NCBI GenBank assembly: GCA_964654485.1
Contig: CAZZJI010000004.1
Coordinates: 1,104 to 65,103, forward strand
Direction: 5' to 3'
Source of the DNA: an uncultured Gammaproteobacteria bacterium
GTDB taxonomy: Bacteria; Pseudomonadota; Gammaproteobacteria; SG8-11
Length of the DNA: 64,000 bases
Shown here piece after piece: positions 56,871-64,000 of this stretch (positions within the stretch are counted from its first letter, which is position 1; each line of letters begins with the position of its first letter). Below the pieces are notes generated by a model. It ran no database searches. It saw only the letters and a list, made by a program, of their open reading frames with translations, and had not been told where the DNA came from. A program made the translations under genes and the position numbers.

Positions 56871-57495
56871 TTTCGCGCGGAACACTGTGACATCGATTAC
56901 ACTCCAATGGAGGAAAGGCGACTTTGCCATGGCACACACCACAATATTCACCTTCAATTATTGCCGCCATAGTGACAAAATTACCGCCACGTTGCGGTAA
57001 AAATATTCCAGGATGGCAGTTTTTGCATGTGAGCCATTTAGTATGCGGTAAATGAGGAAATCGAACATAAGGCATAGACGCGGTATTTCGAAAAATAACA
57101 TCAAAATCCACTGAATGCATTTTCTCTTCACCAGTGATGCCGGTGCGCGGTGAAATCAGGCCTTTGTTCAGTGTTTCTACCCAATTTATGACACCACGTT
57201 TATCACGCGGGAAATTAGCCATCGCTTCAGCTGGCGGTTGCAAGATCTTAACTGCATCATTTGTTGGATCATGCACACCATCTTCAGCGATCGAAACGAC
57301 ATCCCCATGTAATTGAAAATGACCCGTGCCTTCTTCGCCAATGGCCGGGCCAAATACAAACATACACACTGTAAAAAACAATGTTGATATATACCTATAT
57401 ACAACCATACCCTTTCTCGCGCCCATTAATTCGACTTCATTCACCCATCGTGTTGTATAAAATCTTTTTGCCCTTTTACTATATATGCCATACAC
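56854..57495 (-). CDS. Small triheme c-type cytochrome, secreted (paralog family A)
   Basis: 213 aa with a signal peptide. The heme motifs are CKNCHPGIFLPQR, CGVCHGKVAFP and CNRCHS. The HTKWLTC..CHP..F.PQR..N..TMAAI..GE.CGVCHGKV.FP...C..CHS pattern is shared with the genes at 59613 and 60321. Confidence 0.85.
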   Translation of the reverse strand: MYGIYSKRAKRFYTTRWVNEVELMGARKGMVVYRYISTLFFTVCMFVFGPAIGEEGTGHFQLHGDVVSIAEDGVHDPTNDAVKILQPPAEAMANFPRDKRGVINWVETLNKGLISPRTGITGEEKMHSVDFDVIFRNTASMPYVRFPHLPHTKWLTCKNCHPGIFLPQRGGNFVTMAAIIEGEYCGVCHGKVAFPPLECNRCHSVPRESVGLR

Positions 57496-57621
57496 CTTAT
57501 ATTATATACCTTTTTCTAATTATCAGCATCCAATCAACGCTTATGTCGAAAAAACGCAAAAAATCCAGTTTTGCCATGGAAAGATTTTTTAGATCCCGCC
57601 CTTGACTTTCCCCGATAGGAA

Positions 57622-59190
57622 CTACTGACTTACCCCTGCTATGCGCAATGCACGCCTGACTTGGGTTGTAGCCGACAACATCATCGCAATAGCTGTTGGA
57701 AAATCACCTTGCTTTGCTTTTTTAATTGCATCATCGCGCTGACTTCTTCCTTTCACAACGAATCCATCCATAAGTTTCACGGCACCCGGCGCTGGTTTTT
57801 TCCTGGCAATGGCGACAGGTACTAATTCTTCATAACCGGCAAATCGCTTTAATTCATATTGATATTCTTCTTCTGCCGTTTCAAAATTCAGATCATATAC
57901 AATTGTTTGGGAATCAAGCATAACATTGATCGCACTAGTCACGATATTTTCTGCTTTTTCTAACAAAGGAATCGCCTTTAAGTATTTACGTGTATCAGCA
58001 AATGTCTTCGCTTCTTGTAGCAAAGATGTGACTTCTTTTTTGTCGTAATCAACCACTGCCTGTTTGCCACGTGTTTTAACCGTTTGATCCTTGCTTATCT
58101 TATGCGATTGCTCAAAGTTCTTTACAGAATCAAGCAATTCCATATACCGGGCATTTCTTTCCTCTAAGACCTCTTCGCTTGGCACTAACCTGGATGACGT
58201 ACCAATCAAGCGTAATACATCATCTGCAAAAGCCAACGCTTTCTCATTATCACCGGAAGAAAGGTGCTTGCGCGCTTTACCCATTTTTTCCCTAGCCGAA
58301 TTCAACATATTTTTTGCTTCTTTATTATTACTTGCATCTACGCGCTTGGTACCTTTAGACACAAGCATCATGTCAGCAAACGTCATTTTCTGCTTAAGCT
58401 TTGCGATAGAAACTTTCGCTTTTGTTGCTTTCGAGGACTTACCTGCACTTGCTGTAGAAATCTTAACACTCGCAATTAATTTATTGATTTTCGCTTCAGA
58501 TGCATCCTTGTTGACGACAAATATCTTGCCCCCCATTGCGCTGTGGTTTTGACATTGATAATAAATGACATCCGGCATCTTATTGTCAGGCGTTATTTCT
58601 ATTATACCTTTGTAGGTAAACTGCCCCTTAATCCCATCTATAACCACACCGCCACCCCAGCCTACTGGACTCGTGGAAAAATAAACGTCATGCAATACAT
58701 CAGTTCGGACATCAAATTGATAGCGTTCACCACGTCGCATGGCGATTGTTTTTCCTTGCACATCATCCAATGAAAAACCTAATATATGCCCTTTGCCAAA
58801 TGAAGGATGTGATTCATTTTTTTCCGCCACGGTGACTATATAATAATTCGGATCCAATTTTTTGGACGACACATCAGGTTTTTTTGCTTCCGCTGGCTTA
58901 TCAACGGGCGCGGGTTGAATCTCTGAAGTGACATCGGCGGGCATTTCTGTTACTTCGGGAATAGTCGTAATCGGCAACGGCTGCACCATTACAATGGGTT
59001 CATCCGGGGAAACATCATCTTCCTTCGCTTTTGCCTGTTGTTCTTTTTCTTTAGCTGAGGGTTCAACCGGAGCTTCAATGATAGTTGCTGACTGCTCGGC
59101 GGGCATCTGTTCGTTTTTATCGAGCGAGCCGCACGCGGGCACAAAAAGAAAGACTATGAAAAAAAGGGTAAATTTAATGTTCGAGTTCAT
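57622..59190 (-). CDS. Lipoprotein with an amicyanin/plastocyanin-like cupredoxin domain (predicted type 1 copper site) plus a long C-terminal helical domain of unknown function
   Basis: 522 aa. The lipobox is FVPACGS. A Pro/Glu-rich linker follows. The cupredoxin signature is GKGHILGF...YYQCQNHSAMGGKIFVV, with Cys-x2-His-x2-Met spacing as in amicyanin. Confidence 0.55.
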   Translation of the reverse strand: MNSNIKFTLFFIVFLFVPACGSLDKNEQMPAEQSATIIEAPVEPSAKEKEQQAKAKEDDVSPDEPIVMVQPLPITTIPEVTEMPADVTSEIQPAPVDKPAEAKKPDVSSKKLDPNYYIVTVAEKNESHPSFGKGHILGFSLDDVQGKTIAMRRGERYQFDVRTDVLHDVYFSTSPVGWGGGVVIDGIKGQFTYKGIIEITPDNKMPDVIYYQCQNHSAMGGKIFVVNKDASEAKINKLIASVKISTASAGKSSKATKAKVSIAKLKQKMTFADMMLVSKGTKRVDASNNKEAKNMLNSAREKMGKARKHLSSGDNEKALAFADDVLRLIGTSSRLVPSEEVLEERNARYMELLDSVKNFEQSHKISKDQTVKTRGKQAVVDYDKKEVTSLLQEAKTFADTRKYLKAIPLLEKAENIVTSAINVMLDSQTIVYDLNFETAEEEYQYELKRFAGYEELVPVAIARKKPAPGAVKLMDGFVVKGRSQRDDAIKKAKQGDFPTAIAMMLSATTQVRRALRIAGVSQ

Positions 59191-59513
59191 GGCTAATCAC
59201 CTGAGAAAATTGATCTAACGCGGGTTCATGATTGGCTTAAGCGTAGGACCATCCTGAACCTGACTACCTTATCCAGACCATATAAATATCCAGACCCATA
59301 TAAATATAATTCAGTGCATTCTCTATCTCTCCTGTTCGCACTGCCAACTTATCTTGTTATCGGCAAAAAATCGAATTGATTGATTGATACTTTCCTCTAA
59401 TAATGCATTAAAAATTGCTCTGTTGTTGCTCTATGTAAAAGTGCAACCGTCAAAACAAACCAATACTTTTAAAATGGAATTTATCAACCAAAAACTATTT
59501 ACCTCAGTTAATT

Positions 59514-59555
59514 AAGCTTAAAAATACAAACGGTGCAGGTTAAATCACCTGCACC
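59514..59555 (-). terminator. Rho-independent terminator downstream of the triheme cytochrome gene at 59613-60305
   Basis: On the minus strand a perfect 9-bp stem (GGTGCAGGT gattta ACCTGCACC) is followed by gtttgtatttttaag. Confidence 0.7.
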
Positions 59556-59612
59556 GCTGAGTTTTCTGCACTTCTTTCATCTGATAAAAGTACAGCTAGG
59601 TAAAGGTACCAA

Positions 59613-60305
59613 TTACCTCCAGGGGTTTTTAACACTCGCCTGACTCAAAGGTGGTTTCCAATTTTTTGGTTTGGGTTTGGAATGGCATTTTTTGCACGAC
59701 TTAGTGGTAACCGGAAAAGACACTTTACCGTGACACACGCCGCATTTTTCACCCAAAAGTATTGCAGACATCGTTATCTGGTTCGCATTTCTTTGTGGAA
59801 TGAAAATCTTTGGGTGGCAATTGGAACAATGCAACCATTGTGTATGCGGTTTGTGTGGAAAAACCACATCCGGCATGGATGCTTTTACTTCACGCACAAT
59901 GTCTAAATCCATAATAAGTGGCTCAACGGTAGGATCTATACGATCATAGCGAGGCTTCAAATAGCCCTTGTCGAGTGATTGCACCCAATCGACGTAATTA
60001 CCAAATGGCGTCGTTGGTAAGCCTTTGTAAGATATTTTCGGCGGTTGCAGCACATGCGTACCTTCATTAGCCGGATCATGAATACCGTCCTCCGCTGGCG
60101 GTGCATTTTTTTCCTTATCCTTTTTAAGCAGGCGATTAAAAACATTCGCCTTGGTCACATTGCCGCTTTGACCTTGAACGGGCTTTAATTTCATCGTTTT
60201 CTTTGTTGCACCGACTTCAGCCGCGTAAACATTCGCCATAGCAAATGTTAAACCAAACGCACAAACGGTACAGGCAGCCGCTAACAACCTATTGATTTTA
60301 TTCAT
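59613..60305 (-). CDS. Small triheme c-type cytochrome, secreted (paralog family A)
   Basis: 230 aa with a signal peptide. The heme motifs are CSNCHPKIFIPQR, CGVCHGKVSFP and CKKCHS. Confidence 0.85.
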   Translation of the reverse strand: MNKINRLLAAACTVCAFGLTFAMANVYAAEVGATKKTMKLKPVQGQSGNVTKANVFNRLLKKDKEKNAPPAEDGIHDPANEGTHVLQPPKISYKGLPTTPFGNYVDWVQSLDKGYLKPRYDRIDPTVEPLIMDLDIVREVKASMPDVVFPHKPHTQWLHCSNCHPKIFIPQRNANQITMSAILLGEKCGVCHGKVSFPVTTKSCKKCHSKPKPKNWKPPLSQASVKNPWR

Positions 60306-60320
60306 TTTTATTTCATCCCC

Positions 60321-60764
60321 TTATTGCGCGCTCTTTACACCACCTGGCAGCGCTTTATACTGTGGCGCGACTAAACGTTGAATCGTACTCCCGTGGATCT
60401 GTGTCGGTGTTCCAGGAATGCCCGAGTGACACATTCCACAGTTTTCCACGGACCAGGCAATTTCACCGTTATGACAGGCGCCGCAAAATTGGCCGTCAAT
60501 AATTTTAGCCATCGTGATCTTGTTTCCACCTGCTTTAAATTTAAACCCGAGATCGGCATGGCATACTTTGCAGCGAAATCTAATACGATGATACCAATGC
60601 GGAAATACGGCGGGTCGCATACCTGCGGCATCAGCATAATTATTTATTACTACATCCGCGTACTCTGCCTGTGCAGATTGTGGGATCATTATGACGCTAA
60701 GACTGCTTATTAAAGCAAATAAAATTGCCTTCCATTTCACGAGATATTCCAAAAGTGATCTCAT
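60321..60764 (-). CDS. Small triheme c-type cytochrome, secreted (shorter member of paralog family A)
   Basis: 147 aa with a signal peptide. The heme motifs are CKVCHADLGF, CGACHNGEIAW and CGMCHSG. Confidence 0.85.
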   Translation of the reverse strand: MRSLLEYLVKWKAILFALISSLSVIMIPQSAQAEYADVVINNYADAAGMRPAVFPHWYHRIRFRCKVCHADLGFKFKAGGNKITMAKIIDGQFCGACHNGEIAWSVENCGMCHSGIPGTPTQIHGSTIQRLVAPQYKALPGGVKSAQ

Positions 60765-60875
60765 ATCAACCTAACTCCCCTATTATTTATTAGAATTTAA
60801 CCAAATACTATAATTTTTCTTTACCATATTACAAGGGTAAAGCGCATTTTCTAATACCTGTGATCTTACACGACT

Positions 60876-62765
60876 CTAGAAGCTTCGTGTAGCCGAAAAG
60901 TTAACACCAAGCGTCCTTTCTCCTTCAGGAGCTTCAGTTATTCGGATATTAAGCTTGGTTGATAATAAACCAATTGCGTAGGAAAATGAATTTACCCAGG
61001 TTAGATTCCCTCTTTGTGAATCTCCATCTGCTAACAACCTTTCTTGTCTTAATGTCGAGGCATAAGTTAACGCAAATACACCAAATAACCGACTATGGCG
61101 GTAGGCAAACCGGATAGAAGCAGATTCTTCTGTATCTGAGGCCCCAGGTTCGATCGTCAAGGGATTGTCAGTTTTAGAAGCTTGATAATTAAAATTTCCG
61201 GATGCTGAACTAAGACGATTTATCCCCTGATTTCGGGCTAGTGAGAGTGAAGCTAATTGAAATACTACCCCGTCCTCTTCGAGTGTCCGTGAGTCAGAAA
61301 CAGCAACGTTGAAAATTGTGTTGCCACCCCAACCCAGGTGATTCACGCTGGTATTAAAACTTATAGAATGTGCTTTAGTCAGCTCGTCTGTTTCTGTATC
61401 CTCCGTGGATAAAGTCGAATCATTGTCATCTGGAAAACGTTTTGAAACGGCTAAATTTTCTGAAAAACCAAAATTTAAATTTCCACTGTCGAATAGCCAG
61501 GATCTGCTCGCGGCATGACCAATTGACACACTGGCGCTTTGACTACTGGTTTTCGTGTCCTCTACGGGGGGGACTGCAGCCGGATTGCCGTCCAGTTTAC
61601 TATTTGCATTACTGACACTACCGCTCAAGTTCCAGTTATAAAAAAAATCAAAAATGGTCGTCGGGGAGGAAAAAAAACCGATTGTTCCAATTTCGGAGGA
61701 ATTAAGTGACTGCCTACCTTCAGATTCACTTGAATTAGCATTAATCGTTAAATTACCACGTATTTGGCGAGAAAATATATACGACATCGTTAAACCGATG
61801 CCTACCGCACTAGTCTCGACACTGTCCCGAACGCTATTGTCGGTCGTCGTTTTGGAAAAACGCGCACCACCTGACACGGAATAGGGTTTATGCTCAGGTC
61901 GCCAAGAGGCGCTTGTGGACACCTGATTAACCGACGACTCACTACCAGAACCGCCCACCGATTCCGATTTAGACGTGGAATGGCTGAATAATGAAGTAAT
62001 CCCCATTTCTGCACTTGGTAAATACCCGTGCGTCGCGGTTAACGATAAGCTTGTGGAATTATTACCAACATCCTGTTGTTCTGTATCAATATAACTACTA
62101 TCAATACTATAACGCTGTTTAGCCCAGGATCGATTAACGCGTAACCCGGCAATGCTGGATAGAAAATTGCTAAACAATGACTCGAAATCAGATCGATTAT
62201 AGAAAAAATTGATATGCGTACGATCATATGTTGTATACGCCTGTGATATCCCTATGCGTCTGGTCTTGGTTATCAGCGTCGTGGATAACAAACCTTCCTC
62301 TGCATTTGATATACTTTCTGACTCATTTCGACTAAGCGCATAGGTTAATCGAAAAGGAAAGCGACTTAGTGGGAAAACCGCAAACGCCAGATTAACAGTA
62401 TTGGATGTAAAATTACTCTCAGGCGCGTTACTACTGGTGCTCTCACTTGTTGCCAGCCCGAAACCCAACCCTGCTGACATAGTGGCAAACCACGGTCGCC
62501 AAATAGCGCTGTTACCAGCGACATTAACCCTGATCAAATTAACTTCTGATTCCCGATTATTGGTTTTATTAAAACTGTATGTATAACCTATACTTCCGCT
62601 TAAATTTAAACCGTAGGGATCATAAAATTCAGCTCGAGCGGACGTTTGCCCAATCAAGAGCAAGGACAGCCCCAAAAAGCACAATTGAAAAAATTTCGAA
62701 TTCCTCAGTACGGGCTTGTTTACTATCACTACTCCAAACACTCCCCAAAGCGGTTGCCAATACAC
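60876..62765 (-). CDS. Large putative outer-membrane beta-barrel protein (porin-like), secreted
   Basis: 629 aa with a signal peptide (FLGLSLLLIGQTSARA). It has an amphipathic alternating pattern, is rich in Ser, Thr, Asn and Gly, and has the C-terminal aromatic residue (…ATRSF) typical of OMP beta-barrels. Confidence 0.55.
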   Translation of the reverse strand: MYWQPLWGVFGVVIVNKPVLRNSKFFQLCFLGLSLLLIGQTSARAEFYDPYGLNLSGSIGYTYSFNKTNNRESEVNLIRVNVAGNSAIWRPWFATMSAGLGFGLATSESTSSNAPESNFTSNTVNLAFAVFPLSRFPFRLTYALSRNESESISNAEEGLLSTTLITKTRRIGISQAYTTYDRTHINFFYNRSDFESLFSNFLSSIAGLRVNRSWAKQRYSIDSSYIDTEQQDVGNNSTSLSLTATHGYLPSAEMGITSLFSHSTSKSESVGGSGSESSVNQVSTSASWRPEHKPYSVSGGARFSKTTTDNSVRDSVETSAVGIGLTMSYIFSRQIRGNLTINANSSESEGRQSLNSSEIGTIGFFSSPTTIFDFFYNWNLSGSVSNANSKLDGNPAAVPPVEDTKTSSQSASVSIGHAASRSWLFDSGNLNFGFSENLAVSKRFPDDNDSTLSTEDTETDELTKAHSISFNTSVNHLGWGGNTIFNVAVSDSRTLEEDGVVFQLASLSLARNQGINRLSSASGNFNYQASKTDNPLTIEPGASDTEESASIRFAYRHSRLFGVFALTYASTLRQERLLADGDSQRGNLTWVNSFSYAIGLLSTKLNIRITEAPEGERTLGVNFSATRSF

Positions 62766-63186
62766 AAAGTCCTTTTAAAAAAGCAAAATTAAAACTGTGC
62801 CTTGCCGCTTACATTCATTTTATCTTTGGGTCTTTTGAACAGCCAACTTTCTTATATAGATAATAAATACAGTTACTCTAAATAATACGTCGCCAGAACA
62901 AAGTATACGTAACCCGGAACACCCTCAAAAACAAACCCGGGAATGATCAAGAATCTGTCCCAGGAAACTTAATATTGGCTTATTAGTTAATATTTATATA
63001 CTAATTCCACACCAACTAATCGTAAGAAAAAACATCAAATAAGTAAAAAAATCTTCGCATACAAATGATTACAATACATATGATTATTATATTAAATTAC
63101 ATAATATAGCAACGCACAACAACATGCTCGATAAATAAACAGTTCGGCGAATAAATGAGTGCGATATTAAAAAGTCGTCACTTAGG

Positions 63187-64000
63187 CTACTTCTGCACAA
63201 CCTTATATACTGACTTATCCACATCTATTTTTGTCTCAGATCTGAGTTTTTTTATCAAATCCACCCAGGCTTTTTGCCCACGCTCGCGCTTAACAAGGCC
63301 TATTACGGTATCTTTAACCCGCTCATAGCTGTTGATCGTGATTGCTATACGTTCATCAAGCCTGAAAATAGCCACGCCCTGCAGGATAACAACAGGCTCT
63401 GAGACATCTCCAGGATCCATAATATCGATAATTTCTTGTGCTGGCTTAGCGAGCATACCCTTATGTATGTAACCCATATCTCCGCCTTGTGGAGCCGAAT
63501 CATCACCGGAGTGAATTCGCGCCATTTCAGCAAAGTCGGCACCATTTCTTAATTGCGCCACCAATTCATTGGCTTGTTCCGTCGTATCTCGCCATACCTG
63601 ACTGCCTGACGAAGGATCTACTTTTAATAAAATTGTGAAAACGCGCAATTGCTCTGGAATCGTAAATTTATCAGGATTATTTTCAAAGTGAGCCTGAAGA
63701 TCTTTTTCTTGCGGAGGACCGACTTCCTTAACCTTTTTCTCCAGTAGCTTAATCAAGCTATCATGTTCATATTCTTCCCGAATGCCAGGTAAAAGTAGAT
63801 CTCTGTTCTGCTCCCAATTTTTGTCGTTTTCTTTTTTTCTTTTCGCTTCAAATCTCTCAATCTTATTATCAACCACCTCTTTATCTGGTTTAATACCCTG
63901 TCGTTTCGCTTCCCGAACCAATAAAACCCGGTTGATATATTCTTGTCCTACCTGTTCACGAAATTGTTCCATTTCTTTGTCAGGCACTTTTGCGTGAAAA
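63187..64000 (-). CDS. SurA/PpiD-like periplasmic chaperone with a parvulin-type PPIase domain. The N-terminus runs off the window end.
   Basis: The parvulin signature is GGDMGYIHKGMLAKPAQEIIDIMDPGDVSEPVVILQGVAIFRLDER. The frame stays open past the GTG at 63985-63987 to position 64000. Confidence 0.65.
   Translation of the reverse strand, partial: FHAKVPDKEMEQFREQVGQEYINRVLLVREAKRQGIKPDKEVVDNKIERFEAKRKKENDKNWEQNRDLLLPGIREEYEHDSLIKLLEKKVKEVGPPQEKDLQAHFENNPDKFTIPEQLRVFTILLKVDPSSGSQVWRDTTEQANELVAQLRNGADFAEMARIHSGDDSAPQGGDMGYIHKGMLAKPAQEIIDIMDPGDVSEPVVILQGVAIFRLDERIAITINSYERVKDTVIGLVKRERGQKAWVDLIKKLRSETKIDVDKSVYKVVQK

Noticed and set aside
58091-58552. 153-aa plus-strand ORF inside the cupredoxin lipoprotein gene
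   Set aside because: It is antisense to a well-featured CDS and has no independent support.
1-64000. CRISPR arrays, tRNA or rRNA genes, and transposase, integrase or phage genes
   Set aside because: There are no arrays of regularly spaced repeats with unique spacers. The tandem repeats found are 12-20 bp, 2-3 copies, and lie inside genes or leaders. I see no cloverleaf-like tRNA sequences in the intergenic regions, and no ORF with transposase, integrase or recombinase signatures.

Overview
This 64 kb window is from a gammaproteobacterial-type chromosome. The housekeeping backbone tyrS, M23 peptidase, anmK, erpA, bactofilin, argC matches the Pseudomonas-type erpA/anmK/tyrS neighbourhood. Positions 1-7.6 kb carry a sensory module: two paralogous PAS-containing hybrid histidine kinases, a CheY-like regulator, and a periplasmic solute-binding protein.

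From about 15 kb to the window end lies a very large accessory redox supercluster. It contains at least 11 c-type cytochrome genes: one diheme, one triheme, two pentaheme paralogs, one monoheme, three small triheme paralogs, one 11-heme giant with a Met/Gly-rich insert, and one diheme-cytochrome/FGE fusion. It also contains three NHL-repeat propellers, a Kelch protein, two Reg_prop-type propellers, a double 7-bladed propeller, four formylglycine-generating-enzyme (FGE/SUMF1/NirV-like) domain paralogs, a HemN-like radical SAM enzyme, an amicyanin-like cupredoxin lipoprotein, and a large outer-membrane beta-barrel. The 3' end holds a SurA-like PPIase and a low-GC methyltransferase/ABC-transporter island.

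A complete System I cytochrome c maturation operon (ccmABCDEFGHI) sits directly beside a System II set (ResB/CcsB, CcsA, TlpA-like thioredoxin, TPR protein). I see no transposase, integrase, CRISPR array, or tRNA/rRNA gene.

The most interesting candidate is an undescribed periplasm-to-outer-membrane multiheme electron-transfer machine with a copper theme (porin-cytochrome-like). It appears to have its own heme-attachment system. It also carries several slippage-prone tandem repeats and homopolymers, one of which splits a cytochrome gene. All calls come from reading the sequence and the ORF translations; no database search was run.
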